Source: a virus. From it: a stretch of 64,000 nucleotides of DNA. The translations under genes were made by a program, and so were the position numbers. The first letter of the stretch is position 1, and every line of letters begins with the position of its first letter. The stretch lies in IMG/VR virus record IMGVR_UViG_3300020048_000070, positions 30,624 to 94,623 of that record; one strand, written 5' to 3'. The notes under the pieces were generated by a model. That model saw only the letters and a program-made list of their open reading frames with translations, had not been told where the DNA came from and ran no database searches. Of this stretch, positions 28,680 to 39,365 are shown one piece after another.

Positions 28680-29402
28680 ATGACAAATTTAACAGATTTA
28701 TCTGTTTTACTTGAGAACGTATGGCTTGGTAGCACGATTAACGAATGTGTGTTAATAGTTGCAGATGGTATGGCTACTGTTAAAGCTATGGATATGACAA
28801 GTTCAGTGTACGTAGAGACTTCTGCCAAAACTACACTGGAAGATGATACACTGGCTTTTGGCAATATAGGACTGCTGATTAAATATCTGAAAGCCAATGG
28901 AGGCATTGATGCTGAAATTGTTCGCTCAGATAATAGACTTACTATAAAACCAAAAGGTGGAGCTACATTAAAATTCTTGCTATCTGAACCAGACCTTATT
29001 CCTACGTATGATGCCTCCTGGGAAGAGGGTGGTAATAGAATTGCTGAATTACTGGCCGGGTACAAATCAGAATTAATTTTAACAAAAGAGAGTGTTACTG
29101 AATTCTCTAGCTTAATGCGTATGTTTGGTACTAAGAGTGCTGTACTACGTGTTTCTAAAAAAGGCGTAGTTACCATCACTGGTGGTAATGAAACAGAGCA
29201 TCAATTTACTGCTACAATAGGTAAAGCAGAGTTTGAAGTTTGCGATATTAGTCTCATAGTAAAAAATCTTCTGGCAGTTCTGGATGTATTAGACTATACT
29301 GAAAATCCTGTACTAAGAGTTTCTCCAGGAAAAGCTATAGTTATTTCTTGTAATGAGTCTACATGGGTACTGAGTCCAGATGACGCAACTCCAGAAGAAT
29401 AA
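28680..29402 (+). CDS. Putative DNA sliding clamp (gp45/PCNA-like)
   Basis: 240 aa, repeated beta-alpha-beta pattern, KAMD motif, located just upstream of the clamp loader. Confidence 0.65.
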   Translation: MTNLTDLSVLLENVWLGSTINECVLIVADGMATVKAMDMTSSVYVETSAKTTLEDDTLAFGNIGLLIKYLKANGGIDAEIVRSDNRLTIKPKGGATLKFLLSEPDLIPTYDASWEEGGNRIAELLAGYKSELILTKESVTEFSSLMRMFGTKSAVLRVSKKGVVTITGGNETEHQFTATIGKAEFEVCDISLIVKNLLAVLDVLDYTENPVLRVSPGKAIVISCNESTWVLSPDDATPEE

Positions 29403-29641
29403 TACCATGAAGAAGAAGATTACTTGTAATAGCTGCCCATACAAACAAGAGCTAATTGTAGCAACTTTAATGCTGGAACGCCCAACAGTTGAAGTAGAGG
29501 CCCAAGTATTTCAGAGTGCTTGCATTAACTTGCTACAGTCTTTTGGATTTCATGTTAGAGATAAGTATGACGCTCTTCAGTGTATAAAGGACTTATGTAA
29601 TTCCGTAAATGGGATTGAAACTTTTCAGGCGGAGGGTTCTA

Positions 29642-30577
29642 GTGAATCTAACTAACTTAATATGGTTTGAGAAATATAGACCTAAAGATATTGCAAGTAT
29701 GTCGTTACCGCCAGCTTATAAAGTGGCATTTGACTCATATATTCAAAGTAAGTCTATACCCCATTTACTGTTGGAGGGTAGTCCAGGTTCAGGCAAGACT
29801 ACCACAGCACAAATTTTGTTAGATTCTATACCATGTACAAGGTTGTCTTTAAATGCTTCTGGTATTGATCGTGGTATAGACACAGTAAAGACTAAGATAA
29901 CTCTGTTCGCAAGCAGTCAATCAATGGAGGGTAGACTTAAGATAGTATTCTTGGACGAGTTTGATCAGATGACCAAAGATGCCCAGAATGCTTTAAAAAA
30001 TACTATGGAGACATACAGTAAGAACTGTAGATTTATTCTTACGTGTAACGATATTGGGAAAGTAGTTGATCCAATTATTTCCAGATGTACCAAGTACACG
30101 TTCGATCAGTTTCCTAAGAAGAAGATGTTAAGATTGTTAACTTCCATTTTAGTAAAAGAAGGTATAAAGGAAACACCAGATAAAGATTTAACTGAGTTAA
30201 TTGATAGGTTCTTCCCTGATGTGCGGTCAATTATAAATAATATGCAAGCGGCCTGTGTATCTGGAATGTTTAATGTTAAAGCTATAGGGTCGTTACAAAT
30301 TGATCCTAATATAGTTGGGGCACATATTCTTGATGGTAAACTTCAGTCTCTCAGACAATACGTTGTAGGTACAACAGATTTCACTTTCTTGTACAAATGG
30401 CTGTTTAACGTGTTTTTATATTCAAAAGTTAAAGAGGAGCATAAAGCGGATATTGCTCTGCATGTTATAAACTATTCCGCAATGGATCATCAAGTACCTG
30501 ATAGGGAAATGCAATTTGTTGGGTGCGCTCTTAACATTATGCTTACTATTGGGGTAACCCCTAAATTTGGAGAATAA
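29642..30577 (+). CDS. Clamp loader AAA+ subunit (RFC/gp44-like)
   Basis: WFEKYRP, GSPGSGKTT, LNAS, DEFD, SRC motifs. Confidence 0.93.
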   Translation: MNLTNLIWFEKYRPKDIASMSLPPAYKVAFDSYIQSKSIPHLLLEGSPGSGKTTTAQILLDSIPCTRLSLNASGIDRGIDTVKTKITLFASSQSMEGRLKIVFLDEFDQMTKDAQNALKNTMETYSKNCRFILTCNDIGKVVDPIISRCTKYTFDQFPKKKMLRLLTSILVKEGIKETPDKDLTELIDRFFPDVRSIINNMQAACVSGMFNVKAIGSLQIDPNIVGAHILDGKLQSLRQYVVGTTDFTFLYKWLFNVFLYSKVKEEHKADIALHVINYSAMDHQVPDREMQFVGCALNIMLTIGVTPKFGE

Positions 30578-30969
30578 ACATGACAACTAGACCAGTATGG
30601 GATGGACAAAAAGCTTTGTCAGAGGGAAAAGCTAAAACAAGGGATGGCAGATCAGTAATTGATTTGAAACAGTACACTATAGATAATAAGGTTGTTTTAA
30701 TTGGTACTTTAATAAAAGATTATCCTCCGTATTCAGAATCTAAATTTCTGGATACAATTAGATGTGTATGGGAAGGTGGGGGATTATCTTCTTGTGGTAA
30801 TGACGACTTGGTTAACTGTTAATATGAAATTTATACTGTTGTCTTTATGGGGTGGGTTAACATGCTGTTTGCTTGGACATAAGTACGGGGAACCAGAGTT
30901 TATTCCGTATAGTGGTACGTATGCAAAAATATGTAAAAGATGTTATCATACGGAATTAGTAGAATAGTT

Positions 30970-31058
30970 GGTGGATTACAATAGTTGGTAATTGGCCGGT
31001 TTGCTAAACCGAGACGTAGGTAAAACTACCACAGGTTCGAATCCTGTATCCACCGCCA
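30970..31058 (+). tRNA. tRNA-Ser(GCT)
   Basis: GGTGGAT/ATCCACC, TTGCTAA anticodon loop, long variable arm, GGTTCGAATCC, CCA. Confidence 0.88.
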
Positions 31059-31059
31059 G

Positions 31060-31145
31060 GGAAGGTACCGCTGAATGGTCGGCAATCTGGCTTGAACCCA
31101 GAGGCGTGGTCAAACACGGGCGTTCGATTCGTCTACCTTCCTCCA
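31060..31145 (+). tRNA. tRNA-Ser(TGA)
   Basis: GGAAGGT/ACCTTCC, TCTGG-CTTGAAC-CCAGA, variable arm, TTCGATT, CCA. Confidence 0.85.
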
Positions 31146-31155
31146 AATTGTAAAA

Positions 31156-31231
31156 GGCTCCGTCGTCGAGCGGTTTCAGACATCGGTCTTTCTAACCGAG
31201 TACGCGGGTTCGAATCCCGCCGGAGTCGCCA
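31156..31231 (+). tRNA. tRNA-Glu(TTC)
   Basis: GGCTCCG/CGGAGTC, TCGGT-CTTTCTA-ACCGA, GGTTCGAATCC, CCA. Confidence 0.88.
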
Positions 31232-31232
31232 A

Positions 31233-31320
31233 GTCAAGGTTCATAAGGTAGGACGGTCCTACGGAAGACTGTAAATCTTCTCCCTCCGGGCGTGTAGTTC
31301 GACTCTACACCTTGGCACCA
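31233..31320 (+). tRNA. tRNA-Tyr(GTA) with atypical D-arm
   Basis: GTCAAGG/CCTTGGC, GAAGA-CTGTAAA-TCTTC, TGTAG-TTCGACT-CTACA, CCA. Confidence 0.8.
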
Positions 31321-31342
31321 CTAAAATTAAAAGGAGAATAGA

Positions 31343-31996
31343 ATGAATAATGAATTGACTGACATTACTATGATTTTAGATAAATCTGGGAGTATGCATA
31401 GCATTCGTAATGATACTATTGGGGGAGTAAATACTTTCATAAATAAACAAAAAGAAACTCCAGGAAAAGCTACACTATCCATGGTGCAATTTGCATCTAG
31501 GCGTGAGGTTCTTTACTCATGTAAAGATATTAAGGATGTAGATAATTTAACTATTAATACATTTATACCGCATGGGAATACGGCTCTGCTTGATACTATA
31601 GGTACTACTATCAAAGAAACTGGGGTGCGGCTTTCTGCAATGAAAGAAGAAGATCGTCCAGGTAAAGTTCTTTTTGTTATTATTACTGATGGTGAAGAGA
31701 ACTATAGTAAAGAGTTTACTAAAGAACAAATTGCAGAAATGATAAAATTGCAAGAAACTACATATAATTGGGATTTTATTTACCTAGGAGCTAACCAAGA
31801 TGCTATTACTGTAGCTAGTACTATGGGTATGAGTGCTGGCAACTCTTTCTCATTTGCTGCTAACGCTAAAGGTACCAAAGATATGTTCAGCGCAGTTTCA
31901 GATAATACAGTAAAATACAGAGGCGGTGGTTTAGTGAAAGGTCATTACTTCTCTGATGAGGATAGGGCTAAACAGAATTTGAATACCCCCCTATAA
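31343..31996 (+). CDS. vWA-domain protein
   Basis: LDKSGSM, GNTALLD, ITDGEEN.S.E, FIYLGANQDA. Confidence 0.9.
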   Translation: MNNELTDITMILDKSGSMHSIRNDTIGGVNTFINKQKETPGKATLSMVQFASRREVLYSCKDIKDVDNLTINTFIPHGNTALLDTIGTTIKETGVRLSAMKEEDRPGKVLFVIITDGEENYSKEFTKEQIAEMIKLQETTYNWDFIYLGANQDAITVASTMGMSAGNSFSFAANAKGTKDMFSAVSDNTVKYRGGGLVKGHYFSDEDRAKQNLNTPL

Positions 31997-32021
31997 AGGC
32001 TGTTTTCTGCATAATTTTAAT

Positions 32022-32058
32022 AAAAGGCTACTTGTGTATCAAGTAGCCTTTTTCGTTT
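32022..32058 (+). terminator. Rho-independent terminator (possibly bidirectional)
   Basis: AAAAGGCTACTTG / CAAGTAGCCTTTT plus T-tract. Confidence 0.75.
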
Positions 32059-32121
32059 AATGGTGAGGCGTATACAGCTTTTGAATAGGCAATACACTGT
32101 ATTGCTCAATACAAAAACATA

Positions 32122-32150
32122 TTGACAGCTTAATACTATTATGTTATATA
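32122..32150 (+). promoter_or_regulatory. Sigma70-like promoter upstream of a structured RNA candidate
   Basis: TTGACA-17-TATATA with extended -10 TG. Confidence 0.75.
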
Positions 32151-32169
32151 TAGCGTAGTTTATAAAGTT

Positions 32170-32348
32170 TGGTTGGTTAGAAGGAAAAACGGCAGTAGGA
32201 TTGTGGAAACGAACAGGTATCGTGCTGATACTCATTCCTGGGCGCAGGACAAAAATGAGAGGTCACTGATATACTCGGAATCCTAAATGTAGATAATGCC
32301 AGTCGCAAGGCATAACTTGACACCTAATCCACTACTTCTAACCAACCA
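32170..32348 (+). ncRNA. Candidate ~180-nt multibranched ncRNA
   Basis: Perfect 14-bp closing stem TGGTTGGTTAGAAG / CTTCTAACCAACCA, nested internal hairpins, own promoter. Confidence 0.65.
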
Positions 32349-32561
32349 TTTCATATTTAATAGGAGGTACTGTGGTGCCATTATCCAGTAAAATATACTA
32401 TTTTGTTTTTGGGATGAGTTTCGGTTATTGCTCTTTATTCTTATATGAAGCTACTGCTAAGACCCCTAAAATAGCAGTTTTACTTAGTACTATTGGGGTA
32501 GCATTAGGCATTGCACTGGCTTCTATTGAGTTAGATAAACATTTCTCTACGGTAAGAAAAA

Positions 32562-32939
32562 ATGGCTGATAACTTATTATTTGATCAAATATCTAATTTA
32601 TGGACTAAACAAATTAAAGTAACTACTGAGACAAAGCCAGAATCAATCTATATGATTTCCAGGTTTCTATCATTATCTCCAGATGGGTTTCTACCAGCAC
32701 TGGATATAAATCAAATATATGGCGCTCCAGAATGGAGTAAATTGCCATATCTGTTCCACGCACTTCCCCAGCAGTCTTCCCCAAGAAATAAATATCCTAA
32801 GATGGAAAAATCTAAGTTAACCCCAAAAAGACAGAGGGCCTTAGATAGAATATGTTATAAATTTTGTGTCAAACCTTTTCACGGTATGCAAGTATTGTTA
32901 TTGCTTGAAAAACAAGGGATAAAAGTTGAGGCAGATTAA
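32562..32939 (+). CDS. Hypothetical protein, possibly clamp loader small subunit (gp62-like)
   Basis: LFD...YMISRFLS...YPK pattern and size; weak evidence. Confidence 0.4.
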   Translation: MADNLLFDQISNLWTKQIKVTTETKPESIYMISRFLSLSPDGFLPALDINQIYGAPEWSKLPYLFHALPQQSSPRNKYPKMEKSKLTPKRQRALDRICYKFCVKPFHGMQVLLLLEKQGIKVEAD

Positions 32940-33439
32940 TGGGATATTCAGAAGATCCCGCTATGGTGCGGGTAGATTTTTTTAAACCAAGCGGTAAATG
33001 GTATACTACCGAGGCTGTAAAATGGACAGGAAAGTGGCATGGCAGCACAAAAGATGGTATTGCTACTAGGACAGATGTACAAATGATTCATGGAGCTTTT
33101 GCACAGTCATTACGGGATCATTTAGGGCAACGCCTAAACGATATGGATGCTATTTGTCTTCATCCATATCATGAACATGAGCATCCTATCCAATTAAAGG
33201 CTGGTAGCTGGAACAATGAGAAAGTTTAAGTGCCACAATTTTAATCAAGAGCATCCAAAGATCATTACACTAACTGAAGAAGATATATTAGCCACATTAA
33301 ACTACTGGGATTATTGGACTACGCGCATGCATAAATTAAACAGAACTTCTTTAATAAATAAAGAGAATTGTATCTTAGATTGGTGTGCTACTAATTGGGC
33401 ATGGGAAGTAACAAATAACTCAGAATAGGAGATTATAAG

Positions 33440-34045
33440 ATGACTAAGGAAAACCAGAAAGAGCAATCGAAAAGTAAACTGGAGTTTAATCTAGTTTTTA
33501 GAAAAGTAGTAACAGTATTGGGGTTACTATCTGCTATATTTACTACAGGGTTACTAATCTATGAGCCTGCTGTTCAATCTAGTGTCATTAATAATACTAT
33601 CATACCAGCGCCAACTATTAATCCAGACATTTCTATAGTTTACTCGTACCAGATGAAAAGAAACACCAAATTACCGGAAGAACTAGCACAAATACAAGCA
33701 GAATTAATAGTTAACACATCTATAGCAAATAAAGTACCAACGTCTCTTCTTGTGGCAATAATAGAAACAGAGAGCTTGTTTGACCCGCTAGCTACATCAT
33801 CTGTAGGGGCTGTTGGATTAATGCAACTTTATCAATCTGCTAAAGTAACCATAGATAAAAATAAGGCGTTCAATATAGCGTATAATCTTCAGACTGGGTG
33901 TGAAGTGCTGGCAGAAAAACTCAATAATACTGGAGGAGACTTACCCAGGGCACTATCCGCGTATTCTGGTGGGGCTAAAGGCTACACAGACAGAGTATAC
34001 GAGGGAATTGGAAGGTATGAAATGTTCCGATACAAAAACATGTAA
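33440..34045 (+). CDS. Lytic transglycosylase (SLT family) with N-terminal membrane anchor
   Basis: AIIETES, AVGLMQL, ALSAYSGG; hydrophobic helix near the N-terminus. Confidence 0.88.
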   Translation: MTKENQKEQSKSKLEFNLVFRKVVTVLGLLSAIFTTGLLIYEPAVQSSVINNTIIPAPTINPDISIVYSYQMKRNTKLPEELAQIQAELIVNTSIANKVPTSLLVAIIETESLFDPLATSSVGAVGLMQLYQSAKVTIDKNKAFNIAYNLQTGCEVLAEKLNNTGGDLPRALSAYSGGAKGYTDRVYEGIGRYEMFRYKNM

Positions 34046-34866
34046 AGATCCTAATGTGCCTGTTGGTAAACAGTATAATCTAGGGGCTAGAATACGTAAA
34101 GTGCTGAATAAAGAAATAGATCGTATTGACAAAGCAATACGATCTAAAATTTTACACAGGATTAAGCATGAGCAGAAGATACGGTAGGAATCAGAAGAAG
34201 AAGCATGTAGCTAGGATAGAACTACTCAACTCTCATTTAGTTAATAGTATTGACGATAATAAATACCTAAGCCAGCGTGTTAATACTCTATCTAAACAAT
34301 TATCTACAGCTGAAAATGACCTACATAGAATTTGTTCTTCATTAAAAAAGATATGTGGATACTCAGTATTACTACCAGCAGAAACTATAAATGCTAATGC
34401 AGATTATGATTTTAGGGTACGCGCAGTTAAACCTTTGCCCCCATTCTCCATGTTTGATCCTGATCTTGATCCTGGCAAACTTATGTATGAATTTGCAGAT
34501 ATTAGTACACATAGACTAGAGGCTTATTTAACAGATAATTATGAGGCACTTAGTAAAACTATTCACCTTAGATTACGTGGGACTGATAACTATGTTGCCT
34601 ATAACATATCTAGAGACGCACTCATGTTTATCCCTGAAGATCAAAAGATAAAAATGATTAGTGATATTTGTATGAGTTTATTTGATAAAATAGGGGAAAC
34701 CAATGATAAAATGGTTGAAAAGCTTTAAAAAACCAGTTACATTTAAAGAAGAACCGAAGCCAAAGCCAAAGCCAATTACGGAATTAAAAGAAGAGCATTA
34801 TGGCTACTGTCTTAATTGTCAATCCTATCACCCTAAAAATCAAGACTGCTTAAAAAAGAGATAAAT

Positions 34867-35289
34867 ATGTCATTTTTTAAACCTATAGATAAAGTATCAA
34901 AATTCACTAAATTAGTCAGTGCTGTAGATGATGAAACTCAAAAACGTATATTGGAAGAGGCCGTACTTCTACCAGATCCACTAAAACAGTATTCAGGTCC
35001 ACTACCAAAAAATAAATGTGCCCTTGATAAGAGGGTTGTACGTATTGTATTCCCATCAATAAAATCTATGGACGTTGTTAATGGGATATTGAATATTACT
35101 ACTTCTAGTAAAGGGGTACAATACATTACTGATATATCTTTATTTATTGAATTTTGTAGGCGTATGAAAGAAGATTCAGAATTCAAACAACAATTCTCTG
35201 GTGTTACTACTAATGAGGAAACGATAAATATAGATACTATAGAAGATATTGATGATTCTGTAGTACTGGAGGACACTGATGAATCTTAA
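34867..35289 (+). CDS. Hypothetical protein heading the putative DNA-modification cluster
   Basis: 140-aa ORF overlapping the radical SAM start. Confidence 0.55.
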   Translation: MSFFKPIDKVSKFTKLVSAVDDETQKRILEEAVLLPDPLKQYSGPLPKNKCALDKRVVRIVFPSIKSMDVVNGILNITTSSKGVQYITDISLFIEFCRRMKEDSEFKQQFSGVTTNEETINIDTIEDIDDSVVLEDTDES

Positions 35290-36718
35290 AGATTTATTTA
35301 AAACTATTCCTCCAATACCAGAACAGACAGTAGTACATAAACAAGATATTCCACCAATTCCTATAGTTAAGAATTTACCAAATTACGCCAGTCCACGTAT
35401 ATCTTCAGAGATTAATGACTGTTCTTTGCCATTGACTTTTGACACATACTCTAAATGTAGTATGAACTGCGAATTTTGCTTTAGTTCTGTACAAAAGTGT
35501 AATACTCCTGGGGCATCTTCTGCACCATTGCAAGCATCCAATGTTAAATCATTAATGCATATGATAGATGGTACTTCTCATTCCAGAAGTGGGGAGGTAC
35601 CGGCATTCCATGAGTTCTTTTTTTCTAAAAGGTTTATTTTCCACTGGGGTGGATTATCCGATCCGTTTTGCAGATTTGAAAGAAAATTTGGGGTGGGTTA
35701 TCAAATTCTAAAAGAACTAGCTGAAAGGCGATACCCAACGCTATTTTCGTTTAAAGGTAATACAATTCTTGATGATAAATATTTGCAGTTGTTCGATGAT
35801 TATAAACACAATAATTCTTTTGCTTTTCAATTATCTATAGTTACTGCTGATGATAACTTATCAAAGACTTTAGAACGGGGTGTACCTCCACCATCTGAGC
35901 GTTTTAGAATAATGAAAATACTATCAGATATGGGGTATTGGACTGTATTAAGATTAAGACCTTACATTATAGGTGTAACTGATCTAACCATAGATACTAT
36001 ACTACAAAAAGGTTTAGATTCCGGTATGAATGCTATAAGTACAGAATTCTATGCTATGGAAAGCCGTAGTAATCCTCAAGCACAATCTCAATATGAAGTT
36101 ATGCAGAAACTGATGCATATTAAAGATATAACTGCTTATTTCAAAAAGCTTTCCCCTACGGAACGTGGAACCTACAGACGATTAAACAGATATATAAAAG
36201 AACCGTATGTAAAGAAGCTATATAAGTTCTGTGCAGATAATAACATAGTATTTGCTTGTAGTGACCCAGATTATAAAGAGTTAAGTATGACTTCTTGTTG
36301 CTGTGCTCTTCCAGAAAATCATCCAGATAACCCAGATTTCAATAATTACTTGAGGTTACAGTTAACAGATGCTATGAAACGGGCTAGAAGATTGTATCAT
36401 ACTACTGGTGAACGTATGTTACTTTCTTTTGATGACACGTATGGGAAAGATGAAAGTTTCCTAGATAATATAGCGTTATCCCACCAAAACTACGGGTGTA
36501 CTGCACATAACTACGCATACCGTAAACAGCTTACTACTAGGCACATAATCCAGGCTCAGTGGAATACTCTTCAGTCGTCTGCAAGTCCTTCCAGGTATTT
36601 TCACGGAAAAGTGATGCCTGTAGGATTAGATGATTCTAAAGAAAATATACTATACCAGTATGTTCCTGCTGAGTATGAAGAGCGCTGGAAAAACGAAGGA
36701 ATAAATCTTTCTCTTTGA
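35279..36718 (+). CDS. Radical SAM protein (spore-photoproduct-lyase-like)
   Basis: DTYSKCSMNCEFC, GGLSDPF, E.GVPPPSERF, RLRPYI. Confidence 0.85.
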   Translation: MNLKDLFKTIPPIPEQTVVHKQDIPPIPIVKNLPNYASPRISSEINDCSLPLTFDTYSKCSMNCEFCFSSVQKCNTPGASSAPLQASNVKSLMHMIDGTSHSRSGEVPAFHEFFFSKRFIFHWGGLSDPFCRFERKFGVGYQILKELAERRYPTLFSFKGNTILDDKYLQLFDDYKHNNSFAFQLSIVTADDNLSKTLERGVPPPSERFRIMKILSDMGYWTVLRLRPYIIGVTDLTIDTILQKGLDSGMNAISTEFYAMESRSNPQAQSQYEVMQKLMHIKDITAYFKKLSPTERGTYRRLNRYIKEPYVKKLYKFCADNNIVFACSDPDYKELSMTSCCCALPENHPDNPDFNNYLRLQLTDAMKRARRLYHTTGERMLLSFDDTYGKDESFLDNIALSHQNYGCTAHNYAYRKQLTTRHIIQAQWNTLQSSASPSRYFHGKVMPVGLDDSKENILYQYVPAEYEERWKNEGINLSL

Positions 36719-36939
36719 GAGGATACCATGGCGAAACTAATAACAGGTTTAGATAAGAATTACGTTGAAGTCGTAGTAGAATTGAAAGCAGACCCTCCCA
36801 AAGCAAAGGCTATTCTTATATCTGATGGAGATAAAGAAATATGGGTTCCAAGAAGTATTATTGAAGGTATTGAACCAGTTAAAGGTACTATGATTGAAAT
36901 TACAATACCAGAGTGGTTTGCTCAAGATAAAGGATTGAT

Positions 36940-37773
36940 ATGATTGAAGATACTATTATTGTAATAAATTCTTCACATAGGGCTGATAGAGTTATTACAC
37001 CTACTCTTTTTCCAGAAGGAGTAATAAAATGGGTTATAGCTGTGCCAGAAGAGCAGCTGCAAGAGTACGCACAATACTGGCCTAATAATTTAGTAAGTAT
37101 ACCATCTTATGTAGCCTCGTATCTTTCATCCCAACGTCAATGGGTAATGCAAAATTACTGGGATACCTATACAAACATATGGTTTATGGATGATGATCTT
37201 AAATTCTTTTATAGAAAAGAAGATGGTAAAACAAATTTAACACGTATAACAAGTACTGACACCATGGAGAACTTAATATTATCCGTAGTAAGCCATTTAG
37301 AAGATAAAGCTCTTGTCAGTATATCAGAAAGGTTCGGTAATAACTTTGTTACAAGTCCTTATAAGGATATTGGAAAAATTAGAGCGTGTTATGCTGTAAA
37401 TACTCAGGTATTTAAGAATATTGGCGCAGTATTTAATCCTATAGAACCATTTCAAGCACAAGATTACCACATTGTTTTATGTTTTCTAAATGCAGGTTAC
37501 AAGAATAGGATATTATTTAATTATGCTTTTGATGAAAAGAGTTCTGCCCCTGGGGGGTGTTCTGTTTATAGAACAGCAAAAACTGTAGAAGAAACATCTA
37601 AATGGATGGCAGCTAACCACCCAGAAGTTACTCTAAAAATAAAGTATTCAAAAACAGATTGGGGGATGGTTGACGTAGGAAATGGAATAAAAGCTAGAGT
37701 AGATATTAGAGTTCAATGGAAGAAAGCGTATAGGCCAAATACTGCGGATAAACCTAAACTATTTTTTGTATAA
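36940..37773 (+). CDS. GT-A glycosyltransferase (TAGT/GREB1-like), paralog 1
   Basis: WFMDDDL DxD motif, QDY, GGCSVYRT, C-terminal QWKKAY. Confidence 0.75.
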   Translation: MIEDTIIVINSSHRADRVITPTLFPEGVIKWVIAVPEEQLQEYAQYWPNNLVSIPSYVASYLSSQRQWVMQNYWDTYTNIWFMDDDLKFFYRKEDGKTNLTRITSTDTMENLILSVVSHLEDKALVSISERFGNNFVTSPYKDIGKIRACYAVNTQVFKNIGAVFNPIEPFQAQDYHIVLCFLNAGYKNRILFNYAFDEKSSAPGGCSVYRTAKTVEETSKWMAANHPEVTLKIKYSKTDWGMVDVGNGIKARVDIRVQWKKAYRPNTADKPKLFFV

Positions 37774-38596
37774 TATAATGAAAAACATTATTATAGTAAT
37801 AAATTCTAGTAATCGTGTAGATAAAGTACGTACTCATCTATTGTTCCCACAATATAACGTTATAGATTGGGTAATAGCTGTCCCACAAAGCCAAATTGAA
37901 CTATACTCAGATAAATTTGATAGTATACTTATCATACCGGATAGTGTTGCACCGTACTTACCTTCTCAAAGACAGTGGGTTATGGAGCACATGGTAGATA
38001 AATATGAGTTTGTGTGGTTCATGGATGATGATCTTAAATTCTCTTTTAGAGAACCCAATAGTACTAAATTAACTTTAGCTACTTCTACTGAAGTAGCTGG
38101 TATGTTTAGTGCTATGAAAGAAGCTATAATAGATTATCCATTAGTGGGTATTTCTACAAGATTAGGTAATAATTTTGTAGAAAAGTCATTTGATACTATA
38201 TGCAGAGTAACTAGATGTTATGCATTAAGTACCAAAGTATTTAAAGAACTGGATATTAAATTTAATCCTATAGAACCATTTGTAGCTGAAGATTTTCATA
38301 TGACTCTTTGTTTACTGAATGCGGGGCATAAGAACATAGTACTATATAACTATGCGCAAGAAGATATAGGTAGTAATGCTGCTGGTGGATGTTCTGTATA
38401 CCGTACTGCTAAAGTACAGGAAGATACTATGAAATGGATGGCTAAGAATCATCCAGAAGTTACTTTAAAAGTAAAAACAAATAAAACTGGTTGGAACCTT
38501 CCTGGATCTGTCAATAACGAACGCCTAGATTGTATAATTCAGTGGAAAAAAGCATATAAGCCAAAAAGAACAAATACCTTGAAACGGTTCTTTTAA
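37766..38596 (+). CDS. GT-A glycosyltransferase (TAGT/GREB1-like), paralog 2
   Basis: WFMDDDL, EDFH, GGCSVYRT, QWKKAY; colinear with paralog 1. Confidence 0.75.
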   Translation: MYNIMKNIIIVINSSNRVDKVRTHLLFPQYNVIDWVIAVPQSQIELYSDKFDSILIIPDSVAPYLPSQRQWVMEHMVDKYEFVWFMDDDLKFSFREPNSTKLTLATSTEVAGMFSAMKEAIIDYPLVGISTRLGNNFVEKSFDTICRVTRCYALSTKVFKELDIKFNPIEPFVAEDFHMTLCLLNAGHKNIVLYNYAQEDIGSNAAGGCSVYRTAKVQEDTMKWMAKNHPEVTLKVKTNKTGWNLPGSVNNERLDCIIQWKKAYKPKRTNTLKRFF

Positions 38597-38597
38597 T

Positions 38598-39161
38598 ATG
38601 CTATATATATCAAAAGGCAATAGCAAGGTAGGTAATATTCCTAGTATTTCCTTACCTCCTGTGACTACTTGCGTCAAAAATGTACCATGCGTAAGTCATT
38701 GTTATGCTATTAATATCTCTAGAAGATTCAAGCATGTTAAAAAACAATGGCAACATAACCTATTTGAATATAAAGATGATTCTGGTATTTATTTTAATAC
38801 TATATTTCAATTTTTAGATATTAATAGACCTCCTTATTTTAGATTTCATATAGGCGGAGACTGCCCAGATGAATACTATGCTAATCAAGTGGTTAAGATA
38901 AGTAGTCAATTCAATAAGACAAACTTTTTGCTATTTACCAAAAGATATAATTGGTTTAGTACAGTTCCACATAATTTATCTGTAATGCTATCAATGTGGG
39001 CTTACATAAAAGAGCCAGTATCACCATTTAGGAAAGCATGGGTAAGAGGAGATTTAAGAACAGTAGGAAAAGAGTTATATGCGTGTAAAGGAAAATGTAC
39101 AGATTGCCTGTATTGTTATTCTAATGATAACCCATTAGATATTTTATTAAAACCTCATTAA
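38598..39161 (+). CDS. Gp88-like protein (Cys-rich, radical-SAM-related)
   Basis: GNSK, TC....C...CYA, FRFHIGGD, FTKR, C...C..C..C. Confidence 0.7.
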   Translation: MLYISKGNSKVGNIPSISLPPVTTCVKNVPCVSHCYAINISRRFKHVKKQWQHNLFEYKDDSGIYFNTIFQFLDINRPPYFRFHIGGDCPDEYYANQVVKISSQFNKTNFLLFTKRYNWFSTVPHNLSVMLSMWAYIKEPVSPFRKAWVRGDLRTVGKELYACKGKCTDCLYCYSNDNPLDILLKPH

Positions 39162-39365
39162 GGACATAGCATGTTTATTCTAGTAGAGACTTCTGATGGA
39201 TCATTTGTTGTAGTTAAAAGATCAGATATTAGGCGTGTGTATAAAAAGAATGATACCGAGACTTTTATCTGTTTTACTACAAAAGTTAACACTCCTTTAA
39301 CTGTTAAAGGAAGCCCAGAGGATTTTTTTAGAGTATATTTAGATGTAAAAAACTAAGGATAGCAT

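Noticed and set aside
31156-31231. tRNA-Arg(TCT) reading of this tRNA
   Set aside because: The 5-bp stem TCGGT/ACCGA centres TTC in the 7-nt loop, and the body resembles tRNA-Glu
31092-31274. 60-aa ORF in the tRNA cluster
   Set aside because: Overlaps three tRNA genes; spurious
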